64,000 nt of DNA from Trichodelitschia bisporula (lineage: Eukaryota): NCBI GenBank assembly GCA_010356995.1, contig ML996700.1, positions 248,001 to 312,000 of the forward strand, given 5' to 3'. A program made the translations under genes and the position numbers. The notes beneath the pieces were generated by a model that was not told the origin of the DNA, did not search any database, and worked only from the letters and a program-made list of their open reading frames with translations. Numbering within the stretch: the stretch's first letter is position 1; each line of letters begins with the position of its first letter. Positions 1 through 12,441 of this stretch are shown here, piece by piece.

Positions 1-280
1 CGATCTATCAAAACCCCTAAAATGCCATGTAAGCCTAATACTTGCCACACAACTGAACACCGAGCGAACTCTCCTTTATTGAGTACTCTCAGTCTCTCGC
101 TCTCTCATCTCCCCCAGCTCTGTCCAATTCACTTCACTCGAGCTCCCGCATAGAATAGAGCTCGTCGGCCGGTGACCTAAGGTTAACAGCACCTTCTCAG
201 GATCACCCACGGCCAGCACTACTAGCACGTCTCCTCGCTATCCCTTCTTTCGCCCTCGTCTCTTACCGTAACACTTAAAT

Positions 281-1843
281 ATGGATATATCCGCCGCGGA
301 CCTCGTGCGCCTGCTTCTTCCCAAGCTCCCCTCCATCACAAAGTCCATCCTCCTCCACGCCCTTCGCCTCTCCGATACGTCCGCAAAATGGGACCTCCGC
401 ACCGCACTCACCATGGCCATTCTCCGCTGCCTCGTCGGCACCGACACACCCCACCCAATGGGCAAGCAACAGCACAACTCAATTCGTGATCCCGGAGTTA
501 AAGGCCGGCTCTGGGTCTCGCGACTCGCGCTCCCCGCCCCACCCGAGGATGACGCGCGGGCGACTCTCTTCGCCGCCATTGAGGCTATGAAGCTCGACGG
601 CATCGAAACATACACGCAGCCGGCTATCCTGCCCGTCGAGGCGGAATGGACGGGCTACCGGCCCAACGTAGCCAAAGATGCGCCCGAGCCTTCCATCTCC
701 GAGGCTGAGAAGTACGAATCCCTGCTCAAAGACGCGTCGGGTCCAACTGTCATCCTATACTTCCATGGCGGCGCCTACTTCCTCATGGATCCCGCCACGC
801 ACCGCAATGCCACGGCGCGTCTGGCGCAGCTCACAAAGGGCCGCGTGCTCAGTGTGCGCTACCGCCTCTCGCCGCAGAATCCCTTTCCCGCCGCTCTCCT
901 CGACGGCCTAGTCGCGTACCTGTCCCTTCTCCATCCGCCTCCAGGCGCTCCCCACGCCGCGGTGAAGCCGGAGAACATTGTCTTCGCAGGCGACTCAGCC
1001 GGCGGGAACCTCGCGACCGCGCTGCTGCAATTCCTCCTCCAAGCACAGCGCGCTAACGGCGGCCACCCACCGCCGATTTCCTTCCACGGCGCCCGCATCC
1101 CGCTCGCTCTCCCCGCCGGCGTCTCGCTCAATTCTCCATGGATGGATGTCACGCGCTGTCTGTCGAGCCTGGTGTCCAACGCCAAGTGGGACTACCTCCC
1201 TCCGCCCACGGCCCTCGAAGCCCTGCGCTACACGCCGGACGATATTTGGCCCACGAAGCCACCGCGCGTCGACGTCTTCTGCGACGGAGCCGCGATGACA
1301 CACCCGCTTGTTTCGCCGCTTGCGGCGCTGGATTGGACAGGTGCGCCACCTGTGTACATTGTTAGTGGCGAGGAGATGCTCGCGGATGAGGCACAGGTGG
1401 TCGCGGCGCGAATGGCGCGGCAGGGCGTGGTGGTCGAGTGGGAGCAGTGGGAGGCGATGCCGCATTGCTTTGCGATGGTGTTTCAGGGGACGGAGATAAA
1501 TCGGCGCGTGTTCGATACATGGTCGGACTTTTGCGTGCGTGTTACTACGGGGCAGGAGGTAAAGCCGCACGGAGTATGGGTGGAGGCTAAGACGTGGGAA
1601 AGGAAGGAAGTGGATGTTAAGGGCCTGACAGCTATGCCGGATGATGAGGTGTTGCGGCAGATGCGGGAAAAGAGGGACGAGAGGATCAGGGTCGGAGAGG
1701 AGTATTTGAAGAAGTTGGCTGAAGAGGGAGTAGGCAAGGTCCAGGCCGATCATGCGAAGAAGGGCCAAGCCAAGCATGAGGTGCATGCAAAGGAAGAGGA
1801 GGCGAAGGCCAATGGCAAGGCCGGAGAGACAGCGAAGTTATAA
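281..1843 (+). CDS. Alpha/beta hydrolase, hormone-sensitive-lipase family (Say1-like esterase/deacetylase), intronless
   Basis: 520-aa ORF with YFHGGAY (oxyanion hole), SVRYRLSPQNPFPAALLD, GDSAGG nucleophile elbow and late acid/His motifs (EMLADE, MPHCF). Confidence 0.88.
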   Translation: MDISAADLVRLLLPKLPSITKSILLHALRLSDTSAKWDLRTALTMAILRCLVGTDTPHPMGKQQHNSIRDPGVKGRLWVSRLALPAPPEDDARATLFAAIEAMKLDGIETYTQPAILPVEAEWTGYRPNVAKDAPEPSISEAEKYESLLKDASGPTVILYFHGGAYFLMDPATHRNATARLAQLTKGRVLSVRYRLSPQNPFPAALLDGLVAYLSLLHPPPGAPHAAVKPENIVFAGDSAGGNLATALLQFLLQAQRANGGHPPPISFHGARIPLALPAGVSLNSPWMDVTRCLSSLVSNAKWDYLPPPTALEALRYTPDDIWPTKPPRVDVFCDGAAMTHPLVSPLAALDWTGAPPVYIVSGEEMLADEAQVVAARMARQGVVVEWEQWEAMPHCFAMVFQGTEINRRVFDTWSDFCVRVTTGQEVKPHGVWVEAKTWERKEVDVKGLTAMPDDEVLRQMREKRDERIRVGEEYLKKLAEEGVGKVQADHAKKGQAKHEVHAKEEEAKANGKAGETAKL

Positions 1844-2213
1844 CGGCGCTGGAGTTGTTAAGGGGTAACTATCATGGCACAATGGAAGCAAGCTGAGCCT
1901 GATAGCCACGCTTGCTTAGACGACTATGGACAGTGATACCCAATACAGCGGCGATGTTTTGTAGTTCAAATTCACAAGCGAGAAGATACTAGTTTCAGTG
2001 AATTTAGTTAGCAGAGCATATCGTACACACACCTCCATCTGCTTTGCTGAATCCACTAGCAGTAACAAACCCGCCAGTGTGCCTCCTGAGCGCCGCATTT
2101 CCAAACGAGCCGTGACAAGGTGACAAGATCACAGTAGTCACATGGCCCGCATCCTAATGATATCAATCCAGAGCCCCATTTTGCCCCATGCGCCTCAGCC
2201 ACAACGAGATTGC

Positions 2214-2983
2214 CTAAGACTTGTGGCGCGAGCTACGGCGCGGCTCGCCGGTCTCGGTAGCGGCACGCTTCGGTTCCTTTTTCTTAGACGGAGTCTTTGC
2301 GCGGGAGCGCTTGGTGGAGGGAGGAGTTAACTCGGCATCGTCAGCTTCGGCGTCGACTTTGGCCTTCTTAGCAGGAGTCTTCGCCTCTTTGGCATCGGTG
2401 TCAGCGCCCGCGCTGACACTGGCGCCGTTGGTAGGCTCGATCTCGTCGTGAGCGCGCTTGTCGCCAACCTGAGCGCCGGCGGCCTCCGGTTCCTTAACTG
2501 CGAGGTCGCCACCCTCGCCGTTCTCCTGCTCCTTCGCCTCAGGTTTATTCGCTTCAGGTTCCTTCATCTCGCTGTCGCCAGCAGCTTCGCCAGCAGCTTC
2601 GCCATTGGCTGGCTTGGACTCGACCTTGGCCTCCTCAGCAGCTGCATCGCCATTGGCCGGCTTCTCGATGGGCTCGCCCTTGCCCTCCGGCTCAGTGACG
2701 TCGGTCTTGTCGGCGGTAATCGCATCCACGCCTTCCTTGACCGTGTTCGTAACGGCGGTTACGCCCTCCTTGACAGTATTGGTGGCATCGTTGCTGATTT
2801 CAGCCGCAACTACGAAAATCAGCGCGCGGCAGGGAAAATGTGGGGCGTGCTCCATTATGACGGAAGAACAAAGGGCCGCGACGTCATTGTAGGTAATGCG
2901 CAGGAGAAATGCGCGCACGCAACAACGACTGTAATGTAGGAGAACTTACCTTGCTGAACCTTCTCAGTGACTTCGTTGGCCAT
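2214..2983 (-). CDS. Hypothetical low-complexity acidic/Lys-Ala-rich protein (~209 aa, 2 exons)
   Basis: ATG at 2983 (MANEVTEKVQQ), intron 2810-2949 (GTAAGT..GCTGAT..TAG) joins in frame to the 2214-2918 ORF; internal repeats NTVKEGV x2 and KPANG x2; basic tail PRRSSRHKS. Confidence 0.7.
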
Positions 2984-4530
2984 GGTAGCAGTAGTTAAAG
3001 GCTTCGTTGACGTTGCGGTTTGCTGAGGGGAGTTGTTGCGCGTGCGACAGCGAAACAAGCGGGCTTGCGGCGCGAGGTGATTGGTGATGGATCTAGTCAA
3101 GGCGCAAGCGACGCAATTAAGAAATGGAGATGGCTACTGAGTGCGATATGAAGGGGAAAAGAAGAGGATTGATGTTCTGTTCTTGGGGGGGGGGGTGGAA
3201 AATGCTGACAGTTAAACTGCGGAGGTAGTTGATGAAAGGGATGATGGGGAGAGAAAGGGAGGGAGTGAGTTGAGTAAGAGAGAGAGCGAGAGGTCGCTCG
3301 CGGCGGCGGGAGGGAAGCTTGGACGTTGCTTCATGGGCTGCCGGAGTTCTTCCATTCTGTGGGGAGGGGAGGGGAAGGGCGGGGGGGGAAAGAACGACCG
3401 AAGCCCTGCCTTTCTGCATGCGATTTTCGGGTGGTACAAGGGGAGGGGGGGGGCACTGGGGGGGTTGGTTGCGGGCAGGCTGGCACGGCTGGGGAGAGAG
3501 GAGGACAGAGGGGGGGGAGTGGAAGTGGAGTGGAAGAAGAGGGCAGGAACAATGAACTAGCAACAACAAGTACGGATCCGTAAGAGAGCCCAGCCTCAAG
3601 GTTAGTAGTGGAACGGGAAGGGTCGACCGTTCACTGGCTGACTCGTTCCTTCCCGCATCCCGGGTAAGGCCCAAGCCACCGAAAGCCACCGTCGCCACCA
3701 TCGCCACACACGGACCTGCCACAACGTGCTGAGGTCAGCACGGCCGATCGATCATCGCGTAGCCCCCAGAAAAAGTGTGGGGAAATGAAAAAGGTCCATC
3801 ACTTCTCATTTACCATGATGCAGGAAAACCACCACCGAACGGAAAGCCTACATCCGTATAGAAACGTATCCCAATTCTCACCATGCGATGTGCGAAAAGA
3901 CCCAAACGGAGCGAGACTTGCCAGCAAAGAGCCAACACCATCAATAGCGTCGTCACACGGCCTTCCCTTCCCGCATAAACCTCTATCCTCTGCCTGTCAC
4001 GAGAATTCGCTGTCTTACAGTACAGCGCTGGCGCCAGCGCCGTAAAGTCGGGCCCCATCTCAGAATGCCTCGGAAAAAAGCAACGATTTCCGTGTGATAC
4101 GGGTAGTGGAATGTGTGAAGCAGAGAATCGATATCGGGTCGAAAGGTGTGCTGCATTCAGCCAACCACGAGCATTCTCCACTATGGATGGAATGTCATGT
4201 CGTTTCCATTGCAGATACGCACGCACCTTGGAGTCGAATGGGGCATGTCGGATGCAAGAAAACACAAACTCAAGAGGCGACGACTCGCTGCATCTATTGC
4301 TTAATGCATCGCAACCAGCTAACCTGGCCCGCTAGAACGCTCCCGCGAACCCGAAAGAACGAGAGATACTATGCTACGCGAAGAGAAGAGCATTATGCAA
4401 AACGTGCTAAAGTACACACACCTCAAACGTTCCATCCAAACGGCGACGGAAGAAATTACACGCCAGCATTCACATGAAGCTCGGGTATATTCGTGACATC
4501 CGCATCTCTTCGTTTCGTTCAAAATGGCTC

Positions 4531-6287
4531 CTATACTGCTTGGACCCAAATCTGCCAGACGACGTTAGTAACTCAGTTCAGACCAAAAGATGGAGAGGCA
4601 AAAACCCATACCTCCATCTTTCCCATCTCGCTTCTCTCCTTGCGCGCATCCGTCTTGGCCATTTGCATCGCGAGGTCGAGGTCCTCCTGGTCCGCCATGG
4701 TGATCATGTCACCCTCGTCCTTGACCTTGATCTTGAAGCTTGTTCGGATGCCGAATTTGGTGCGAATTTGGTCCACAAACTCTCCAAACCCGACACCGGC
4801 GGCAATCATGACGTATCGTGTGTCCTCGGCATGGACCTTGACCCGGATTTTGCGCACCTCAGGCCCAGATTTCCGCTTGGACACCCGCTTCGATGGCGCC
4901 TTGCTGACCATTTCAAAGTCCGCCTCGTCGTATGACGCCACGTATTCGTCCTCGTCCTCATCTCCCTCCTCCTCGGAGATGTACACCTCGCGTCCGGAAC
5001 CTCCACGGGACCCCCGACCGTACATGTCATATACGTCGTCTGGGTACCCGTTGTCATCGCGCTGCGACCGCCGAGCCCGTCCTCCGCCGCTGACCCGCTC
5101 TGACATTGTCCGCTGCGGGCCGTCGCGCATCCTCCGTCCGCGGGTATCTTCGCTCTGTGCGCGGGGAGCCGAGTAGCGCGAGGAGCCGGATGCTGATGAC
5201 GCAGGTGTGGCGAAGCCAGCAACCGACAGGTCGAGCGGCTTGGGCTTCGGTCCAGCACGCACTGATTCGGCGCGGGTAGGGATCTTGCTGCGGGACGAGG
5301 TGGGCGACATGGGCTTGTCGGTTTCGGGAGGGGGCGTCGGGGGGAAGACGGTGCGGGAGAGAGGCGGCTCGGATTGCTGCCGGTAGCGTGATTTGAGGTC
5401 AGGGCGGACAAGGTTACTGGCTGCGAAGGAAAGCTTCTCCTCTGGCCGGTCATCTTTGGCGGCTTCGGTCTTCTTTTGCATTTCGGCGCCTGTGAAGCCA
5501 GTAAATGCGTTATCACGGTCCGTTGCCGCGACGAGGCGCGCCTTGCCGAGGTAATTCTTTTGCTTGAGGTTCTTGACTTTGGCCTCGTTGGGGCGGTAGA
5601 TGATGCCGACCGGGATGGAGAAAACTGTATAGCCCTGAGACATGTCAGATGAGTCGGTCGATTGTGCAGAGAACATACCTCTGCTTGCTCCTTGATCGCC
5701 TCGTTGATGACGTCGTGGTCCGGCACCACCTTCTCCTGCGCTGCATATCTCAGATCTTGCATGCCCTGCTCCACTTGGCGGAGATATATGTAGCACAGGC
5801 CACGGTTGAAGAGCACCTCGCACGAAAAGAGTTTGAACTTGAGGCCCAGCTGCTCGTAGTCGATGTTGTTGTTGCCCCGGAGGTAGAGGAGCGTGTCATT
5901 GAAGTTTGCCAGGGCCTCCTCAAAGTCGCCCAGGAGGAAATTTGACACGCCCTGCTGGAAGTAGGCTACGGCGAGGTAGTTGTCGAGCTTGATGGCGCGA
6001 ATGTAGAAATCGACCTGAGTGCGCATCAGCGTAGCCCAGTGCACAAAGTAGCGCATTCCTTACCGCTTTTTCGTGCTCACCCAGCGTCGCGAATATAACG
6101 CCGCAGTTGAACAGAATCTTAGATGTGTCTGCGATTCGCTCGAAGGCTATGATGGCCTGGTCGAACTCGTTGTTGTCATAGTGGGCCAGGGCCTCGACCC
6201 ACGTTTCGATTTCCTGCGGCAACCCCGCGTGTCAGCGCTCAACACTTCGGCCACAATCTCAATGCGACGTACCTGCTTAAGCGACAT
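4531..6287 (-). CDS. noxR: NADPH oxidase regulator NoxR (p67phox-like: N-terminal TPR region, C-terminal PB1 domain)
   Basis: Spliced MSLKQ|EIETWVEALAHYDNNEF..SKILFNCGVIFATLGEHEKA|..YLAVAYFQQGVSNFLLGDFEEALANFNDTLLYLRGN..|GYTVFSIPVGIIYRPNEAKVKNL..KIRVKVHAEDTRY..ME|IWVQAV*; introns 6214-6272, 6015-6063, 5635-5678, 4552-4611. Confidence 0.93.
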
Positions 6288-8734
6288 TGTTGCGGAACAA
6301 CGCGAAGTTCACGAGAGCGCGTTCCCGGGTAGTCGACAACCTTTTCGACCCGTCCCTGCTGCGGGGTACCGTACGCACGTCCGATCGTCGACGGGGGGGG
6401 CGTTGAAGTAGACAGCAGGGCCGTGAACGTCTCGAATATACGATGGGCAGCTTGCTGACGGGTGAAGAGGCGGGACTCGGCCTGGAATCGACGGTATATA
6501 CACGTTTGCTAACGGTAGCTCGGAATCGGAGCGGACCTGCGCTCTGGGAAACCAAGGACAGAAGGTGGAGTGAGTGGAGAAAGTGTGCTGCGATCGTGCA
6601 GTGGAGTGGGCAATTGGTGGGTTGGGCTGAATAGCCGCCGGAGGCTGACTCGGGCTCGCTTGCGGGCAAAAGCGTGAGAGGGAACGCGGAGGATAGCAAG
6701 GGACGTGATGGCAGTTGACGGAGGGGGGGCGGGGGAGGGTAAGATTAAGATAAACTGCAGCGGGAGCGTGGTACGTAAGATGGACGCCCTGGATGATGGT
6801 GGGGAGGATGCAGAGGAAGAGGGATGAAGCAAGACAGTAAGACGGGGGAAAGGGGAGTTTGAACAGATCAATTCCACGGTGCTGGGGCAGGAGTAGCAAA
6901 TATTCTTCTGCGGGAGGGCATGGCACACCTGGCAAGACACATGGGGGGAGGGTGAGGAGGGGAGGCGATAGGATAGGGTAGGGAGGGCGAAGGAAAAGGA
7001 AGCGGTTATACAACCCAGGAGACTGGCAGGTGGCTCGAATACTAGAACTACTCCGTACAGTACGAAGTACCTCCGTACAAACCTATCCAACACATCTCAT
7101 GCTTTTTTGCACAACTTTTTGTGATGGTATGCATTGTTTCGAAGGTTTAACTTGCAAGGTACTGGAGAGGACCAGGCGATGCCAGGCCCTCGCAATAATG
7201 CCCCCCTCCCTCCCAAAAGCCTTCAAGCATTGCCGGGCCTTTTGCTGCATCGACAGTGTCAGCCAGGAGCGCTTCAAGACGCCCAACCATTGGATGCTGG
7301 GGGAAGAGTGACCCCAGCAATGAGGAAACGGGCTGCAGCAAGTCAACGACATCACACCCGCCTCCCCCCCCCCCAGCTTAGCACCAGCCTTTTTCCTCAG
7401 ATGTCTCCAGATACGGTAAGTCGAGCATGAGTAGATAGAGCTATAATCCTTCGCTTCTAGGGTTGCAAAAGAATTGTTGAAGCTGGAAGCTGTCGATTTC
7501 GATGAAGCCTCACTTCATCTTCAACTTCAGCAATAGGGAGAGGCGCAAAAAGGACGGCCAGTGTCGACGGGGCTGTGTCACTTTCGTTTCAGAATCGTTC
7601 ACCTCGTCCAGTTATCCCCCCACTACACGTGATGGAGCGATGCATTGATCTCGAGCTTTTTTGCCAATCACCGCCCTTGAAACTCGCCGTCCTGTGGCGT
7701 CCCGAAATATCTCATTACCGAATTCGGTAGTCTTGCCTCTTCCGTCTCCGCAGTCGTTAGTTTGCTCGCAACTTCTCGGAAGCTGTGCGTCGTCGCCAGC
7801 CTGTCCAGAGGCCAAGATGGTCGTTGGTTGAAGGTCAGGGACAACAACGACAACAGTCTCGTGCTTCGCCTTGCGCGCCTGAAGAACGGTGTACCGGTAC
7901 GATTATCGCAAGGGCCGAACACACACACTACCGGCTACGTAGCCAGACGAGTTACCTATCACTCACATCCTCCACCTTGCACGAAAAGAGTGTGTCTTTG
8001 CTTTGGTAGGACCAGGTTGCGGCTCAACTTGTCCAGTTATCACGCCGCCTCGTCGGGGTTGGACTGTGCCTGAGCGGATCGACCCGAAACTCCAAGATGC
8101 CGGATGCAACGCTTGATGAAGGGGAACGTAAGGTGGTGCTATGATGCACAGCAGCAACCGCTCTGCGTTCCTGATCTCGCCTAATTTCAACCTCGACCTG
8201 AGTCGACTGCAGAGTAGCATAATTCGAGCCGATTAGCTTCATCCATGCAATGATTTTCCGTTGGGTTGGTTGAAACAAGGCCGCGATAGGACTCGACGGC
8301 ATGTTGGTAGGGGCTGGCATCTGGCGAGAGTTCAAGCCCATTATGGTCCTGTGGCGTGTATAACTACGCAGCAACGAGGGCATTTGCGACAGTGTTATTT
8401 CTTTGCTCACCCCACTCCTTTCGACTCAAAATAATAATCCGTCATCTTGTCACAGCAACCTCGCTCGGAATTCCTTCTTCGTCAGCGTTCGACACCATGA
8501 CCCGGCACATGTCGCGGTTTCACGTGCGTCTGACTTCACGAAAGACAAGACAGCCAAGTGCTGTGGAGAATTGATTGCGAAGCTGTCCGGCTCGACTAGG
8601 GCAGTCAGGATCGTGGCGTGATAATCTCATAGCAATCAAATCCCTCGAGACATGAAGCGGCAACCGCAGTATGGATCGGGTCCCGAGTCACCCAGATCCA
8701 CCCCTCGAGGTCCAAGATCCAGCGTGCGCCCTAC

Positions 8735-9740
8735 CTACAACATTCCTCGGTCCACCTGCTCCTTTCGCTCCTCCCATACCGTCTTGCCTGTACAGGAGCA
8801 GACGGTCTTGTCGTTCTCCCACACACCCGCGCTTCGAGCGATGACGCCAACCAGGGTGTCTGGATCCTCCTGATCGAACTGCCCCCGTTGTTTTGACACC
8901 ACGATGCTGCGCCCTACCAATTCCCATACCCGCACGGGCTTGTCCAAGAAGACTGAGCCTACGCCGTCCTTCCCAACCTCCAAAGTGCCCAGTATTCCTC
9001 GCGACGGCGTCCTAAGCCCCTTCGCCTCCTGTACTGCCTCCCAGACCTTGCCTGTAGATTCGGGACCCGCGGATATGTCACCGCTCTCTCGTATCGTTGC
9101 GAAGTATGTGCCAGGGCTAACGCCGCGGATGCCGACATCGAATATGGAAAGTGTGGGTGCAACTTGTACGATGCGCACTAACCCGCGGACAGGATCCTTC
9201 ACCGATGTTGAGTGCGTCTCTAGGATGCAGACTGCGGCGCCTATCGTGCATAATGATTAGCAGCAAGCCTCCTACCCCACTACGCACGTTCGATAACTTA
9301 CTGTTGGGAGCGCCACTGCCGCGCAGAATGGCATCGCGACCTGTGCTCTGGATCGCGGCGACGACTGCCGATGGCGCGGCTGTGCCTTCAACAGCGACGA
9401 GTTGGCTTTGCAGGTCGGCGTTTACGCTCTTGATGCCTGTACCGCGGTTAGCGACGGCGGCCTATTGGGATGCACTGCGGCACGAGGTGGGCGTCTACCG
9501 CTCAGCTTGAACAACGACGACGACACATCCTTGATGCAGTCCTCGCAGCTGAGGTGCACGGCAAAGGTCGTCTGCGCCCCGAATCTTCGTCAGTTTTCCA
9601 GCCTGCGGGAAGAAGTGCTTGCTGTCGCATGCAATCGCACATTGTTCACTGTGCGGGCGTAGGCGGGAATGCCCAATACGCACCTGGAAGGGTGGAATAG
9701 TCGACGGAGTCGGTGTCTCTACGTCCGAAAGAGCAACCAT
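8735..9740 (-). CDS. CCS1: Copper chaperone for Cu/Zn superoxide dismutase
   Basis: HMA-like domain ([10 protein letters not shown]), [10 protein letters not shown] linker, SOD-like domain, C-terminal [27 protein letters not shown] with CxC; 3 introns. Confidence 0.93.
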
Positions 9741-10456
9741 AGTGTTTGTGCGAGTATCTGACGGGCAACGATCTAACTGTTATGGCACTGGGTGCTTATG
9801 AACTTAACGGCTTTGAAATCCGATTTCAACTCCCGAGGCCAAGCAAACGTCATGCTAGGTCCCGCGGGGTGTTTCTGGACCCTTGTCCCTCGTTTGCTGG
9901 GGTAGTGGGCACGGCCGGGGTCTAGAACTAGGGTCGGCAAGGCTGAAAGCTTTCGCGGGCCAAAGGAACGCATGGACTACGTAATAAGGAATGTGGGAAG
10001 GGCGAGGCATCTACAACGTTCAAATGGGATACCTTTTATTGGAGACAATGGCTTGCTAGGTTACTTGCAACCACGCTGAAGTCAGTGTCGCCATGTGTTG
10101 AGTAGTCGACTTACTGTACAGGCTGAATAGAGGTGTCGAGGCTGGAAGATCAGGCGGCCGCTACCCACTTTGCCACTCTGGCAACCATAATCAAAGGTGA
10201 GCATGGCACTGGCCATGGAATGGAAGCAGCGTGCAGCTTACGACGTTCTAGTGTACCACAATAGATACCGTACACCGTCAACCCGTTTAAAAATGCATAC
10301 AACGGTGGGGGTATCAATGCATCAAACCCCAACGCGACAAGTGCAGAGGAGAACCGAGACCATGTAACCATTTCCGAGTGCAGCCGTGATGAATATAGCT
10401 ACCTAAACATCCGACTACGCAACAGCAGACTCCCATAACCAGAGATCTTGAAGATG

Positions 10457-11933
10457 TCATGCCTCGGCAGCACTACGACGAGCAGCACGCCTATCACTAT
10501 TACTTGTCAGCTGAGACCTCCGTACTACGAGTAGGTTCATACCGAGCGAGTTTGCCAGGCGCTTCGGCCCCAGCCTCCTCAACGGGGACACGCTTGCGGC
10601 TAGCATTGGCCTTTGGTTTGGCAACATGCTCGGCCTCGTTACCACCGTCAGCGTCAACAATCGGGGCAGTCTTCTTGGGCCGGCCGCGCTTCTTGGGCTG
10701 AGTGACGACGACTTCGGGAGAGGCTTGAGCTTCGGCGTTTTCACCTTCGTCAGCCTCAGGAGTAGTAGTAGCCGGCTCCGGGGTAGTAGGAGCGGCAGGA
10801 GTAGTCTTCTTCGGCCGACCGCGGCCCCTCTTTGGAGCAGCGGGCTTGACATTCTCAGCGCCCTCGTCCGCTACATTGACGGCCTTCCTGGGCCGACCGC
10901 GACCCTTCTTGGGAGCTGGCTGCTGATCTGCCATCTCCACACCGGACTGGTCAACGGCCTTCGGCTTCGTGTCGGCCTCGTCAACTGCCTTCCGCTCGTC
11001 GGCATCAGAAGAGACAGTCTTCTTGGGCCTACCACGACCACGACCTTTCTTAGGAGCTGGCTGCTCGTCTTCCATCTCTACATTGGACTGGTCAACCGCC
11101 TTCAGTTCCCCGGTGTCAGAAGGGGCGGTTTCGATAACAGCGGCCTTCTTGGGGCGACCGCGACCCTTCTTGGCAGCTGGCTTGACGTCTTCCATGTCCT
11201 GGCCGTCATCGTAAGCCGCGTCAGACTTCTCATCATTGGCAATGGAGTCTTTCTTCGGACGACCGCCAATCTTCTTCGAAGGCGTGTCGACCTCCGAGTC
11301 CTCTTCATTGTCAACTTTGAGAGCTTCGTTCTTTTTGGGACGGCCACGCCCCCTTTTGGGCTTGGGCTCCTCGTCTTCGCCGCTGTTATCCTCCTGTAAA
11401 ACACATAAGCGCAATCAGCGGTGAGCTAGCCGAGACTTACGCCTGAAGTCTTGCGCTTCTTAACGCGAAAACCCGACTTGCCAGGACGATTCAGCTCAGG
11501 ATCCTAAAAACCAATGAGCTTTGAACTGCAGGTCACAAGGTCATTGCTGCCAGGCATGGCACTCACGCCATTCCAGTCCTCGTCATCGACGTGACCTTGG
11601 TCCAGAACTCTAGTGACTATGGCCTGATCTGCAGCAGAGAGCTCTTCAAAACCATCAATCGCGCCGGTGTCGCTCCCAATGAATTCCTTCCACTTGGCCA
11701 GGACAGCAGGTGTGACGCAGCCCCTTATCATGCTGATGAGAAACACGAGATTGCATATCAAGATTATCGACATACCAGTGACGCCAAATCAACATGGGGC
11801 GCTCGTTTTGCTCAATCAAAACACCCCAGCGCAAGGACCCCTTCGAGATTTTGAGCTTCCCGTTCTTGCACTCGTAGTTGGAGCAACCAGCACGCGAAGA
11901 TGGCGCGTACTCAATGCGGTAGCCCTCCGGCAT
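10457..11933 (-). CDS. PARP-type zinc finger protein with multiple AT-hooks
   Basis: MPEGYRIEYAPSSRAGCSNYECK..ISKGSLRWG..WRHW|GC (C-x4-C..H-x2-C, zf-PARP), IDGFEELSAADQ, then ~7 (R/G)GRP(K/R)K AT-hooks; 4 coding introns, plus a likely 5'UTR intron at ~11944-12049. Confidence 0.8.
10900..11103 (-). repeat. Internal ~63-bp duplication encoding KAVDQS-VEM-D-QPAPKKGR modules
   Basis: 10900-10962 and 11041-11103 align without gaps with about 9 mismatches (counted by eye). Confidence 0.8.
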
Positions 11934-12441
11934 GATGAGCAATCTAGTAGGAGTAAGTTGATTAGCCAGGTTGATTGAGGGAATATGGGCGTCTTAGAGA
12001 AGCAAACGCATCGCAATGACTAAGTTTTGGGCGCGATTAGTGTACTAACCTTGCAGAATAGCTCTAGTCCTGTGGAGGGGGAGGGGGGGAAGAGGACGAC
12101 AGTAGCTGCGGTGTGAAGTTGGTGATCGCCACAAGAACAGTGGAAGAATTAAGTGGGGCGGTTTGCGGGGGTGGTCGGCGGATTGATCGTGCAGATGCCG
12201 AGTGAAGGGTTGCGGTTCGACGCGTCAAATGTGTGCCTGTGAGGTCACTCCGCAGCCCGTTCCTGGCAGGCAATAATACCTGTACCGTACGAACGTTGCA
12301 GTAACGTTAGTCCTCCGAACGGTTTCTCCGAGGCCGAGAACAGCGGGAACTTTTCCTGTCTCAACTTTCCACTTCCATCAAACCCCACCACCATCGCGAA
12401 CTCTGTACATATCATGTCCCACGCTTGTCGACGATGACCGT

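Noticed and set aside
7363..7505. + strand C-run, ATG and GTAAGT donor upstream of noxR
   Set aside because: Splicing yields only a ~19-aa peptide with a poor branch site; unsupported without RNA data.
9536..9556. CCS1 metal motif reads LSCEDC instead of MxCxxC
   Set aside because: Both cysteines are intact and the Met-to-Leu change is conservative.
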